A stretch of 64,000 nt of DNA from Ignavibacteriota bacterium. GTDB taxonomy: Bacteria; Bacteroidota; Ignavibacteria; UBA10030. Within the stretch, counting starts at the first letter, position 1, and each line of letters starts with the position of its first letter. The notes under the pieces are model-generated. The model worked only from the letters and a program-made list of their open reading frames with translations. It was not told where the DNA came from and ran no database searches. Location: the NCBI GenBank assembly GCA_963727825.1, contig CAVSHO010000009.1, positions 640,001 to 704,000 of the forward strand. Reading direction: 5' to 3'. Below are positions 22,050 to 32,224 of the stretch, one piece after another. Made by a program: the position numbers and the translations under genes.

Positions 22050-23159
22050 TCAATCGCCAAAACTGATTCCCAAATCACGGCCGGTAAGAATGATGTCACA
22101 ATCTACAGGAACGCACTTCATCCGATTTGTTGCTTCTGCAAGCGGTACATAGCGCACAGTTGGCGGATCAAGCGCTACCATCACACCATTCTGTCCTTCA
22201 TCCAGAGCACGTACTGCTGCTGCACCAAAGCGAAGCGAAATTAACCTGTCAAAAGTCGTCGGGGTTCCGCCGCGCAGCAAGTGTCCGAGTACTACACAAC
22301 GCGTTTCTTTCCCTGTTATATCTTGAATTTCTTTTGCAACGCGTTCGCCTGCGCCGCCAAGCTTTTCAGCCCTGCCGATCTCTTTTGAGACAACGGAAAC
22401 TGTTCCACCTTTTGGTTTGGCTCCTTCCGCTACAACCACGATAGCGAAATGTGCCCCAATATCCCAGCGTTCATTTATTTTTTTTGCAATCTTGTGAATA
22501 TCATACGGAATTTCGGGAATAAGAATCGCATCTGCAGTACCAGAGACACCGCACTCAAGTGCAATCCATCCGGCGTAGCGGCCCATCACTTCCACAACCA
22601 TTACCCGCTGGTGCGATTCAGCCGTTGTATGCAGCCTATCGATGCATGCTGTCGCAAACGAGACTGCTGTGTCAAACCCAAATGTGATAACAGTTTTATC
22701 CAGATCATTGTCTATGGTTTTTGGTACGCCGATCACTCGTAATCCTTTTTGAGAAAGGATATTAGCTATCCCAAGAGATCCATCGCCACCTATGGCTATA
22801 AGTGCGTCAATTTTATTTTTTTGAAACATTTTTATCAGTTCATCTGTGCGATCGATTTCATGCAGTTTGCCGTCTTTTCCTTTCACTGGCCACTTTAATG
22901 GATTACCTTTGTTGGTGGTACCAAGAATCGTTCCGCCGAGATGAGTAATGCCGCGCACCCTCGATCTTGGGAGCGGAATTAATCCACCATCGGGATAATT
23001 CTTCGGCTCTAACAATCCATTATAGCCGTCGCGTATGCCGTAACATTCCCATCCGCGATTAATAGCAGAAACAACCGCTGCACGGATAACTGCGTTCAAG
23101 CCCGGCGCATCGCCACCTCCGGTGTTTATCGCTATTCGTTTGATTATTTGACGTTTCAT
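22050..23159 (-). CDS. pfkA: 6-phosphofructokinase (PfkA family, group III-like)
   Basis: TGGGDAPGLN, IGGDGS, PKTIDND, EVMGRYAGW and LGHLLRGG motifs. Confidence 0.93.
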   Translation of the reverse strand: MKRQIIKRIAINTGGGDAPGLNAVIRAAVVSAINRGWECYGIRDGYNGLLEPKNYPDGGLIPLPRSRVRGITHLGGTILGTTNKGNPLKWPVKGKDGKLHEIDRTDELIKMFQKNKIDALIAIGGDGSLGIANILSQKGLRVIGVPKTIDNDLDKTVITFGFDTAVSFATACIDRLHTTAESHQRVMVVEVMGRYAGWIALECGVSGTADAILIPEIPYDIHKIAKKINERWDIGAHFAIVVVAEGAKPKGGTVSVVSKEIGRAEKLGGAGERVAKEIQDITGKETRCVVLGHLLRGGTPTTFDRLISLRFGAAAVRALDEGQNGVMVALDPPTVRYVPLAEATNRMKCVPVDCDIILTGRDLGISFGD

Positions 23160-23315
23160 TATTGATTCCTTTCTTATATTAGAAAAAGAAAACAATTCCA
23201 GCGCATGGTTTCGATGAGGATAAAGAAAGTGAATCTTCTTTGAAGAAATTAACTATTGCAGAGAGCAATAGCAATACCTGAAATATACAGGTATTGTCGA
23301 ATGAGAAAATAAGGG

Positions 23316-23346
23316 GATGGAGTCCGTATAATAATTGGACTCCATC
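23316..23346 (-). terminator. Terminator hairpin after yceI
   Basis: 10-bp perfect stem GATGGAGTCC/GGACTCCATC starting 11 nt after the yceI stop, followed on the minus strand by ccttattttct. Confidence 0.6.
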
Positions 23347-23357
23347 TTGAGAAAGGA

Positions 23358-23936
23358 TTACTTGTTCAATTCCAAATTCATCGTGATGGTCACATCTTGT
23401 CCGACCATTAAACCGCCAGTTTCTAGAGTTTTGCTCCATTTTAAATTATAATCAAAGCGGTTAATCGTCGTAGTGGCTTTCCAGGCAGAAAGTACACCAC
23501 GATCAGTTTTAAGCGTACCATTGAGGACTGCATCAAATGTTACGTTCTTTGTTACATCGCGAATTGTTAAATCGCCGGTAATTTTGTACTTATTATCACT
23601 AAGTTTCTCGAATGATGTACTCTTGAAATTTATCTCCGGGAACTTCTCAGCATTAAAAAAATCATCCGATTTTAGATGATTATCTCGCATTGCATTATCC
23701 GTACTGATGCTGCCAACCTTGATAATGCTCTGAACCTCTGCATCTGAGAAATCATCTTTTGCGGATTTCAGTGTGATAGAGAAATCTTTGAAACTTCCTG
23801 CTACTTCAGAAATAACCATATGCCGCACTGTGAATGTGATGCTGGAATGGGCCTTATCTAACTTCCAATCAGATTGCGCTGATGCAAACACCATGGCAAT
23901 AAAAAAAGTGAGAAGAATCATTGTTATTCTTTTCAT
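23358..23936 (-). CDS. YceI family (polyisoprenoid-binding) secreted protein
   Basis: Signal peptide; WKLDKAHSSITF.VRH, RDNHLKSDDFF and GDLTIRDVTK motifs. Confidence 0.93.
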   Translation of the reverse strand: MKRITMILLTFFIAMVFASAQSDWKLDKAHSSITFTVRHMVISEVAGSFKDFSITLKSAKDDFSDAEVQSIIKVGSISTDNAMRDNHLKSDDFFNAEKFPEINFKSTSFEKLSDNKYKITGDLTIRDVTKNVTFDAVLNGTLKTDRGVLSAWKATTTINRFDYNLKWSKTLETGGLMVGQDVTITMNLELNK

Positions 23937-23996
23937 GATAGTATCTCCATAATTGATTAAAGATTTGTTTTTCATTCTGTATTATAACCTGGCAAA

Positions 23997-24293
23997 TTAG
24001 TTCATAGATAAATGCATTCGTGCTTGAACTGGACTGTTATGAAACATCAACTCAACAATATCATAGTGCATAAACTTGAACAGTGGCATCATTTTAAGCG
24101 TTTTCTCTACTGCTTCCAAAGAAGTTGCAAGCAATGTTACCCAAAGTGTTCCTCGATCTGCGGATAAGCTATAGCTTGTGATTATTCCATTTTCCATAAG
24201 GCGGCTAATTTGTGCACGCTGGTTAGGAAGCAGATCAATAAATTCTTCGTTAAACGATGTTATAAATCGGATAATGATCATATACTCATTCAT
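23997..24293 (-). CDS. Muconolactone-isomerase/YCII-like dimeric alpha-beta barrel protein
   Basis: 98 aa with the pattern QRAQISRLMENG.ITSYSLSADRGTLWV...MPL. Confidence 0.6.
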   Translation of the reverse strand: MNEYMIIIRFITSFNEEFIDLLPNQRAQISRLMENGIITSYSLSADRGTLWVTLLATSLEAVEKTLKMMPLFKFMHYDIVELMFHNSPVQARMHLSMN

Positions 24294-24349
24294 AAAAGAC
24301 TGCCTGTTCTATAAGAATCATTAATAGTTTTCATTTGCACTTCTTGATA

Positions 24350-24721
24350 TTATACAAACGTATGCGCCAACAGAATTAATACAGCGCCAAGTAGCGCAAT
24401 ATTTTTAGTAAAATTTATCATCTCACCCATTTTGGCCATTGGATCTTGAATCTTCCAAAAAGCGTGCATTATAAATGTGACCGGAACAAGAAAAAGCGCC
24501 AAAGCGATAAGACCAAAACCTGGCAATATATCAAAGAGTACGCTCAATCCACCTACAATTAGCAGAACTCCCGAAAATGCTACAGATAATTTCGGCATAG
24601 GTGCACCTTTGGACTTTGCATATCCGGACATCATATCAAGCATTCTTAAATTATTTAACCCGTTATAGGCAAAATATCCGCCAAATAATATCCTGCCAAG
24701 ATAGAGCAAAGTTGTTTCCAT
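24350..24721 (-). CDS. DoxX family membrane protein
   Basis: LGRIL, HAFW and F.KNIAL.G DoxX motifs; four TM helices. Confidence 0.88.
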   Translation of the reverse strand: METTLLYLGRILFGGYFAYNGLNNLRMLDMMSGYAKSKGAPMPKLSVAFSGVLLIVGGLSVLFDILPGFGLIALALFLVPVTFIMHAFWKIQDPMAKMGEMINFTKNIALLGAVLILLAHTFV

Positions 24722-24794
24722 TCGATTTCTCCTTTTATTGTACCAATTGCAAATAATTATTAAGTGCTGATAATGTTAGCAATATTGTCTTTTG

Positions 24795-25373
24795 CTAAAC
24801 ACTTCTATTTTCTAATTTGCGATGAGCGAGTTTTAACGTCGCTTCAATCAATTGAAGAAGTTGTTGTTCTATTTTCTTGTCGGCTAGTGATCCGTCTGAT
24901 AGAAACGCCTCGTTGGCAGAACGAATAAAGACTTGCGGTTGCGACACAAGATCGACATTCAATGCTGCCAATACTTGCCGAAGATGAAGCTGTGCTCTCA
25001 ATGTTCCAAATAATCCTATCGACGCACCGAAGATTGCTGCCGTCTTTCCCGCAAATGGATTAGTTTTATCAGACGCCCAATCGATGGCGTTCTTTAATAC
25101 ACCGGGAATCGAATGGTTATACTCAGGTGTTGCGATAAGCAGTACGTCGGCTGAAGCTATTACATCTTTCAGTTTCTTTACTGATTCCGGAAATCCATTA
25201 GTTCTAAGATCTGCATCAAACAGTGGAAGGTCGAGTGTTTTCAGATCTAATTCCACTACATTTACATTTAACTCAGATACAATCTGTTTTGCTTTCTGCA
25301 GCACTTTCCGATTAAAAGATTCTGACCTTAGGCTACCGGCGAGTGCTAGAATATTTAATGTTTTGATTGCCAA
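24795..25373 (-). CDS. NAD(P)H-dependent FMN reductase (ChrR/SsuE family)
   Basis: GSLRSESFN and TPEYNHSIPGVLKNAIDW motifs; TTG start. Confidence 0.92.
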   Translation of the reverse strand: MAIKTLNILALAGSLRSESFNRKVLQKAKQIVSELNVNVVELDLKTLDLPLFDADLRTNGFPESVKKLKDVIASADVLLIATPEYNHSIPGVLKNAIDWASDKTNPFAGKTAAIFGASIGLFGTLRAQLHLRQVLAALNVDLVSQPQVFIRSANEAFLSDGSLADKKIEQQLLQLIEATLKLAHRKLENRSV

Positions 25374-25447
25374 TTCTTATTCTCTCTGTGATATTGATAA
25401 CAGTGAACCCATTCTCACCGTTACAAATTTGTAATAAACAAAATTTA

Positions 25448-25906
25448 TTAGCGCACTTCTTGCAGGCTGGTGCCAAGCTTCTTTAAAAGAAGTCCGAGTT
25501 CTGCTTGTTCGGATTCTAAAAGCACTGAAGCAAGTTTTACTATATATTGTGCTTGCTTTGAAAATATTTTTTCAAAAAGGCGCTTGCCTTTGGGTGTTAA
25601 TTTCACATAAAAAGCACGGTGGTCTTTATCGTTTACCGAACGCTCTACAAGTTCATCTTTTTCTAAATTATCTACTACCACCGTCATATTGCCGCCGCTG
25701 ACGAGATGCTTCTTCGTAAGGTCACCGATAAGCATAGTACCAAGATGACCAAGACATTCTATCACACCAAATTGTGCCGGTGTCAATCCGAACGAACGGA
25801 TATTTGCCGCTGTTAGGTGGCTGAATGTATCATGAGCCCGGGTCAGTTTTACCCACATTGAAAGTGCAAGATCAACTTTTTTACCGTATTGCTTTGTAGT
25901 TTTCAT
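25448..25906 (-). CDS. MarR family transcriptional regulator (MhqR-like)
   Basis: GLTPAQFGVIECL.H.G, SGGNMTVVVDNLEK and D.R...V.LT.KG motifs. Confidence 0.9.
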   Translation of the reverse strand: MKTTKQYGKKVDLALSMWVKLTRAHDTFSHLTAANIRSFGLTPAQFGVIECLGHLGTMLIGDLTKKHLVSGGNMTVVVDNLEKDELVERSVNDKDHRAFYVKLTPKGKRLFEKIFSKQAQYIVKLASVLLESEQAELGLLLKKLGTSLQEVR

Positions 25907-26082
25907 ATGTCATCCTTTTAAGTTCAAAGTATTTAACAGAAAAATAATATGGATAGTTCCCGGTATCAAGAGAAAAAGAAAAGGTGTTACAGGAGAAAAA
26001 GATGGTTTTTGCTGAATCTGTAATGGCGATACATAAATTGCTATTATGAGTTTATTTCGCCGATTTTTTCGTTTTTGTTATT

Positions 26083-26455
26083 CTATTTGTCTAATTTCAC
26101 ATCGATAATCGGTACATCCCAATGTCCGATTAATATTTCAAACCGGCGCTGTTCTTCTTTTTTGAATGTTTCCTGATTTTTAAACAATTGCCGGCTAAGT
26201 TCGGCTTCATCAAATCCATCATCAGTTGCCTGCACATTCTTCCAAACGAGAGTAACTCTATAATCCCATCTGCCGTCTTCGGTTGCATGGAGACGTGGAC
26301 GGGTTGCCGAAATATGAAGAAGTCTTCCTAACTCTATTTGTTTTTTTAGAATTGGATAATGGTTCTTTCTAAATAAGCGAATAAACTCTTCGGCATGTCC
26401 CCACTTAGTTTTGTAGTAATATTCGACTAACATACGGTTTGTCTTGTTGGGTCAT
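26083..26455 (-). CDS. Conserved hypothetical (NIPSNAP-like alpha-beta barrel) protein; extra base at ~26430
   Basis: MTQQDKPYV joins VEYYYKTKWGHAEEF...HWD after removing one base. Confidence 0.6.
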
Positions 26456-26503
26456 TGTTGTTCTCCAAATTGTATTATAATTGGTTCTCTTTCTTTTGTT
26501 ACA

Positions 26504-26530
26504 GTAGGACGTTCAATTGAACGTCTCTAC
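26504..26530. repeat. GTAG-type REP-like palindrome, copy 1
   Basis: GTAG-GACGTTCAATTGAACGTCTCTAC, 4 nt after the thrC stop; near-identical to 43565-43592. Confidence 0.75.
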
Positions 26531-26534
26531 ATGT

Positions 26535-27860
26535 TTATTTCCCAATTGCACGATCAATTGCGTTCCGGACTGCATTGACATCCGCAGGCAGAAGTATCGG
26601 TGGATTCGGATAAAGTGAATTCGCGTCAGCTATTTTTTTCTCATGATAGTCTACTTTGAATTGGGAAAATTTTAATCCGTGAGCAGTAGATACAACAACT
26701 ACTCGGTCTTTTTTCTTGATAACTTTGCGTTCAATCAATTTTGATAGAGCAGCGAGCGCCACGCCGGTTTGCGGGCAAGTGAACAATCCGGCACGGTCAG
26801 CACGGGCAGAGGCATTTGCTAATTCATCTTCCGTTGCCTGCTCTACAATGCCATTAAACTGCCGCAATACTTTCACTGCCCGTTCATAACTTACCGGTGC
26901 ACCGATTTGGATGGCAGAGGCAAGTGTTTTCTTCGCCTCGACAGGTCTATATTCTTTATATCCGTTAAGAAAACTTAGATAGAGCGGATTTGCATGCGAT
27001 GCTTGTGCACACGCAATACGCGGAAGTTTTTTAATCAAGCCAAGATCGCGCATCATCAACAAACCTTTGCCTAACGCGCTCACGTTGCCAAGGTTTCCCG
27101 CAGGTATGACAATCCATTCAGGCACTTCCCAATCGAATTGCTGAACGATCTCCACACCGACTGTTTTCTGTCCCTCCATCCGTAAGGAATTCATCGAATT
27201 GGCAAGATAGATAGAATTGTCTGCAGTAATTTCTTGAACAATACGCATACATCCGTCAAAATCGGTATCGAGAGAAAGTACTGTTGCACCATTGGCAATC
27301 GGCTGCACAAGTTGTGCTGTAGACACTTTTCCTTTTGGCAGAAATACAATTGTGGGAATTCCCGCCGCAGCACCGTATGCAGAGAGAGCCGCAGATGTAT
27401 CACCAGTAGAAGCACACGCAACAGCGCGAATAGGTTTTCCATCAGCAATCATTTGTTTTACGACGGAGACGAGTACCGTCATACCAAGATCTTTAAACGA
27501 ACCAGTATGACTGTTGCCGCAGAGCTTCACCCATAAATCAGGGATACCGATTTCCTTGCCTAACCGTTCCGCCCAGAAACAATTGGTATGTCCTTCATAC
27601 ATCGAGACAACATTTTCGTTATCAAGCTGGGGGCATACCCATTCTTTTTTACCCCAGACACCGCTTGCGTATGGCCATTTGTTTGTTCTTGTGCGGTCAT
27701 CAAATAACTTCTTCCATGATGCCGCAGTTCGGCGTTTGAGTGTTTTGATATTGTGTTCAACATCAAGCAAACCACCGCAATTCTCGCATCGATAGATTAC
27801 ATCGTAAATAGAATATTTCTTTCCGCATCCTCTAATACATTCTAACCAGCTCTGTTGCAT
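26535..27860 (-). CDS. thrC: Threonine synthase (plant-like subfamily, N-terminal Zn ribbon)
   Basis: [12 protein letters not shown]-Lys motif, CASTGDTSA and GNLGN; [14 protein letters not shown] region. Confidence 0.95.
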   Translation of the reverse strand: MQQSWLECIRGCGKKYSIYDVIYRCENCGGLLDVEHNIKTLKRRTAASWKKLFDDRTRTNKWPYASGVWGKKEWVCPQLDNENVVSMYEGHTNCFWAERLGKEIGIPDLWVKLCGNSHTGSFKDLGMTVLVSVVKQMIADGKPIRAVACASTGDTSAALSAYGAAAGIPTIVFLPKGKVSTAQLVQPIANGATVLSLDTDFDGCMRIVQEITADNSIYLANSMNSLRMEGQKTVGVEIVQQFDWEVPEWIVIPAGNLGNVSALGKGLLMMRDLGLIKKLPRIACAQASHANPLYLSFLNGYKEYRPVEAKKTLASAIQIGAPVSYERAVKVLRQFNGIVEQATEDELANASARADRAGLFTCPQTGVALAALSKLIERKVIKKKDRVVVVSTAHGLKFSQFKVDYHEKKIADANSLYPNPPILLPADVNAVRNAIDRAIGK

Positions 27861-27899
27861 ATTTCTCCTCCTTTTCTACATCTTGCTATCCGCAAATAT

Positions 27900-28493
27900 T
27901 CACTCCACCCAGATTGTTACAACACTGACAATCATCAGGGAAAACATTGTATATCCCAATATCTGACTTGCTTTCTCCGATTTAATGATCTTTGCAATCA
28001 TATCACCCATCTTGAGCCATATTATCATACAAGGAAATCCGACCAACCCGAAACTTATTGCGTATACGAAGACATTCAGATGAATATTATTAGATTGCGG
28101 CAAAAAGGCGGTTGCTCCAGTGATTGCCATTACCCATGCTTTCAGATTAATAAATTGCATGAAAAATGCTTCAACAAATCCAATAGCTACTTTTTTATCC
28201 GGTTCTACTTCTATACTGAGTTTTCTTAATACGAATGCAAGATAAAGCATCCATAACGACCCGGCAATTTTTAATACCAATCCCGCCGTTGGACTGCTCG
28301 TGATGATTTTCGCAATGCTATACCCAGCTGAGCAAAGCATAAGAAAGAAACCCAAAAAAATCCCGAGTATAACATTTCTCGAATCATTAAATCCATATGC
28401 TTTTCCGTATGAAAGAAGCATTAGGTTATTGGGACCCGGGGTAATCGACATCAAAGAGGCATAGATGAGATAGCCAAATATATTAAAACTCAT
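27900..28493 (-). CDS. LysE/RhtB family amino-acid exporter
   Basis: SITPGPNN and F.MQFINLKAW motifs; about six TM helices. Confidence 0.9.
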   Translation of the reverse strand: MSFNIFGYLIYASLMSITPGPNNLMLLSYGKAYGFNDSRNVILGIFLGFFLMLCSAGYSIAKIITSSPTAGLVLKIAGSLWMLYLAFVLRKLSIEVEPDKKVAIGFVEAFFMQFINLKAWVMAITGATAFLPQSNNIHLNVFVYAISFGLVGFPCMIIWLKMGDMIAKIIKSEKASQILGYTMFSLMIVSVVTIWVE

Positions 28494-28510
28494 GCAATGT
28501 ACAAGTTTCT

Positions 28511-29702
28511 TTACTGTAGAAAATATTCCATTAACTGATAGCCGTTATCAATCTTAATACCTGTTTTGGCGGCATTAGTTTCGCCAAGAGGCAGATGTAC
28601 CTCGCCGCTGATTCCATCACCCATCATTGCAAAAGGTACCGCTTCCCCTGTATGCCCGCGCGTTGACACAGGCGTAGGGTGATCTGGCATCACAAGTATA
28701 CGCCAGCTTTTATATTTTTTTAGTTCTTTCATTGCTGGTCCAATAATGTGCTTATCAATTTCTTCTAAAGCTTTCTTCTTCTCATCTGCTTGTCCGGCAT
28801 GACCGGCTTCATCTGTTGCCTCCACATGAACAAGCACGATATCATATTTTTTAATCGCTTCAACTGCTGCCAACCCCTTAGCGCGATAATCGGTATCGAA
28901 ATATCCTGTTGCACCTTCAACTTTTATAAAATCGAATCCGACGAGATATGCCAGTCCTTTAACAAGATCAACTGCTGTGATTACTGCACCATTTAAACCA
29001 TATTTTTTTTTGAACGCTTCCATCCGAGCTTTTTTTCCATGTCCCCAGAGCCAAATCGAGGTGGCTTCGTTCTTTTTGAGGTTCCTACGGATAAGATTGA
29101 TCTTATGATCCTTAAATAGTTTTTCACTTTTTTTAATAAGATCGATAAGAACATCAGCGTTTTTTCCACGGGGCAGTAATTTTTCCGTCTTTACACCAAT
29201 ATTATCATGCGGTGGCTGTAATTGGAGATCAGGAAAATCGTAACCTTTTACTACCATCAAGTGGCGATAACCTACTCCCGGATAAAATCTGATGCGTTCA
29301 CTGCCAAGAGTTTTGTTTAATTCTTCAATAAAATTTTTACCTTCTTCGCTGGAGATGTTACCAGAACTATGGTCGACCATTTTACCGCTTACGGTTGTCA
29401 CAAGGTTGCAGCGGAATATCCAATCGTTTTCTGTAACGTTGATTCCTTGTGCAACGGCTTCAATTGGTGCTCTGCCCGTGTAATATTTTGCCGGATCATA
29501 ACCAAGCACTGCCATCATTGCCACATCGCTACCCGGTTGAAGCGCAGGAGGTACCGTCTGGCAAAGTCCCTGTCTACCATTCATGGCTATGAAATCGATA
29601 TTGGGCTTTTCCGCAGCTTCGAATATAGTTTTACCGCCAAACACCTGTAACGGTCTATCGGCTGCTCCATCAGGGTACTACTATTATATATTTCCTACTC
29701 AA
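28511..29702 (-). CDS. apgM: ApgM-like cofactor-independent phosphoglycerate-mutase superfamily protein (proposed homoserine kinase); extra base at ~29674
   Basis: MSRKYIIVVP|DGAAD after removing one base; PGSDVA, TGRAPIEA, HVEATDEAGH and PDHPTP metal motifs; lies between thrA and thrC. Confidence 0.88.
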
Positions 29703-29727
29703 TGATAAACTCCTTTATTCGATCGTA

Positions 29728-32199
29728 CTATTGAGGTAAATAATGAAGCAATTTTAGGAGGTCGGAAAAAACACCCATAGCTGTAACATCCGCACCTGCA
29801 CCTGGACCTTGCACAACTAACGGTGTCTTTGAATATCGTTGTGTTGTAAACGCAATAATATTATCGCTTCCCTTAGTGGAGGCAAGCATATGATTTGCCG
29901 GAACTTCTATGACTCCGGCCGAGCCTTTGCCATCCTTGAGGATAGCAACATATCGAAGGACATTACCGTGTACTCGAGCCTTCTCAAGCCGACGTTTCAT
30001 AATATTATCATACTTGGAGTATTCTTGGAAAAAGCTCTTAGAAAATGCTCCACCTTGCAAAGGCTTAGGGACTAGATTCTCAATCTTGATGTGGTGGAGG
30101 TCCATTTTTAGACCTATCTGACGGGCAAGAATCAAAAGCTTTCTATGAACATCGGTCCCGGACAAATCTTCTCGTGGATCCGGCTCGGTATAACAAAGTT
30201 TGAGTGCTTCTTCAACGAGTGCACTGAATGGACGTGAGCCGTCATAAGAATTAAACAGATGACTTAGTGTACCAGAGAATATACCTTCAATTTTTACAAT
30301 TTGATCGCCGCTTACGATTAAATCGTTCAATGTTGAGATAATTGGTAAACCCGCACCGACGTTTGTCTCAAACAAGAAATATTTTTGCCGCTTTTTCAGT
30401 AACTCCGTTAACCGTGTATATCGATTCCAGGGAAGAACGTTCGCTCTTTTATTCGGTGTGATAATGTGCATATTGAGATTTACGAAGTTTTCATACAAAT
30501 CAACAATTTCCGAGCTTGCGGTGCAATCAACAAGTACTGCGTTGGTGAGATGCAAATTTGAAATTTGTTTTAATAGTTCAGAATAACTTATGCGTGCAGA
30601 AGAACTGTCGATTAATTCTTTCCACTTCTTTAAATTGATTCCTTTAGAAGAAAAGACGGCTTTTCCAATATCAAAGATTCCGTTTACTCTGACATCATAT
30701 CCTAACGTACGAAGATACTGCTGTTGTTGTTGTATCTGCTTCAGGAATGTCCCTCCAATATTTCCCGGTCCGATCAAAATGATACCGAGCTTCTTCATTG
30801 GTTCAAAGAACGCTTCATGGATAACGTTTAATGCCAGGAGCTTCTGTGCTTCGTCGATGACGAAAGAAATGTTTCGTTCAGAGGCTCCTTGAGCAATCGC
30901 AGAAATATTGACGCTGTTTCGTCCAAGTGCCTGAAATACTTTTCCCGACACGCCCGGTGTCCCTTTCATACCATCGCCGACAATTGCAACAATTGTCTGA
31001 CATGGTTTTTCGTCCAACGACGTTAATTTGGATTGAAGCTCAAAATGAAATTCTTGATGCACCGCTTTTTTTGCTGCGGCGGAATCCGACGTACTGATAG
31101 CAAAGCAAATAGTATGTTCAGATGATGCCTGAGAAATCAAAATAACATTGACCCTGTGAGATGCAAGCGCCCTGAATAATCGCTCTGCGATTCCGGGAAC
31201 TCCCACCATACTCATGCCTCGTAATGTAAGAAGCGTGCAATCGTCAACCGAAGTGATTCCTTTAGCTACTCCTTCCCAGCGGTTCACATGATGTGAGATG
31301 TGTGTACCCGTTGCCGCAGGATTCAGTGTATTCTTGATGTCGATAGGAATATGTTTTGCCACTGCAGGGGCAATAGTTGAAGCATGTAGAACCTTTGCAC
31401 CAAAATAGGAAAGCTCCATTGCTTCTTCATACGACATCTGCGGTACGACAAATGCTGCTGGAACACAATTCGGATCCGCACTCAGAATTCCATCGACATC
31501 TGTCCATATTTCAATTAATGATACATCCAACGCTGCACCGAAAATTGCTGCAGAATAATCTGATCCATTTCTTCCGATAGTGGTGGTAAGACCGTCGTCG
31601 GTTGAACCGATGAATCCGGTAACAACTGGAATAAGCCGTTTGCTAGAATGCTCAAAAAGTTTTTTGAAATACGCTTTGATTGCGCGGTTAGTTTTATCAA
31701 ATTGAACGGCTGCGCGCATGAATTGATCATCGGTCTTTACTATATCACGCGAATCGACGAAGCACGACGATTGTGATTGTTGGAGAAATGAAGCGATGAT
31801 TAATGCTGAAAGTCGTTCGCCAAAACTTGCCGTCAAATCAAGTGCGCGCGGAGAACTATGACGAAGCAAATAAATTCCATGAAGAGTATCCCAAAGTTCA
31901 GTGAGCATTGTTTGGAGATTTGCTTCAACATGCTTCTGCGAACGATTGTTATGGAGAACCCTCAACGCTGCGATATGGCGTTGAACAAGTGATTTGTACA
32001 TTGACTGAAATTTTGTATCACCAAGTTCTGCCAGACGTGCACATTCTAATAGTTGATTGGTGACTCCCTGAAATGCGGAGACAATGACAACTACACGTTC
32101 CTTTTTAGCGGCATTGAGAACAATAGAAGCAACCTCACGAATCCGTTCTGGGTTAGCTACTGATGATCCGCCAAACTTTAATATTTTCTTTACGGGCAT
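29728..32199 (-). CDS. thrA: Bifunctional aspartokinase/homoserine dehydrogenase
   Basis: KFGGSSV, GRNGSDYSA, two ACT domains, ETNVGAGLP, EPDPREDLSG and GPGAG..VTA motifs. Confidence 0.96.
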   Translation of the reverse strand: MPVKKILKFGGSSVANPERIREVASIVLNAAKKERVVVIVSAFQGVTNQLLECARLAELGDTKFQSMYKSLVQRHIAALRVLHNNRSQKHVEANLQTMLTELWDTLHGIYLLRHSSPRALDLTASFGERLSALIIASFLQQSQSSCFVDSRDIVKTDDQFMRAAVQFDKTNRAIKAYFKKLFEHSSKRLIPVVTGFIGSTDDGLTTTIGRNGSDYSAAIFGAALDVSLIEIWTDVDGILSADPNCVPAAFVVPQMSYEEAMELSYFGAKVLHASTIAPAVAKHIPIDIKNTLNPAATGTHISHHVNRWEGVAKGITSVDDCTLLTLRGMSMVGVPGIAERLFRALASHRVNVILISQASSEHTICFAISTSDSAAAKKAVHQEFHFELQSKLTSLDEKPCQTIVAIVGDGMKGTPGVSGKVFQALGRNSVNISAIAQGASERNISFVIDEAQKLLALNVIHEAFFEPMKKLGIILIGPGNIGGTFLKQIQQQQQYLRTLGYDVRVNGIFDIGKAVFSSKGINLKKWKELIDSSSARISYSELLKQISNLHLTNAVLVDCTASSEIVDLYENFVNLNMHIITPNKRANVLPWNRYTRLTELLKKRQKYFLFETNVGAGLPIISTLNDLIVSGDQIVKIEGIFSGTLSHLFNSYDGSRPFSALVEEALKLCYTEPDPREDLSGTDVHRKLLILARQIGLKMDLHHIKIENLVPKPLQGGAFSKSFFQEYSKYDNIMKRRLEKARVHGNVLRYVAILKDGKGSAGVIEVPANHMLASTKGSDNIIAFTTQRYSKTPLVVQGPGAGADVTAMGVFSDLLKLLHYLPQ

Positions 32200-32224
32200 A
32201 TAAGTTCTCTATCATTTAAAAATT

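Noticed and set aside
25930-25962. ECF-sigma-like GGAACT motif upstream of marR
   Set aside because: It is too short and degenerate to support without TSS data.
19910-26500. Genomic island integrated at tRNA-Val
   Set aside because: There is no integrase and I found no direct repeat of the tRNA 3' end; the neighbouring genes are ordinary metabolic or regulatory genes.
5770-29675. In-frame TGA codons at 5770, 14286 and ~29670 as selenocysteine or stop-codon reassignment
   Set aside because: Homology continues in the +1 frame rather than the same frame, and TGA is used as a normal stop elsewhere in the window.
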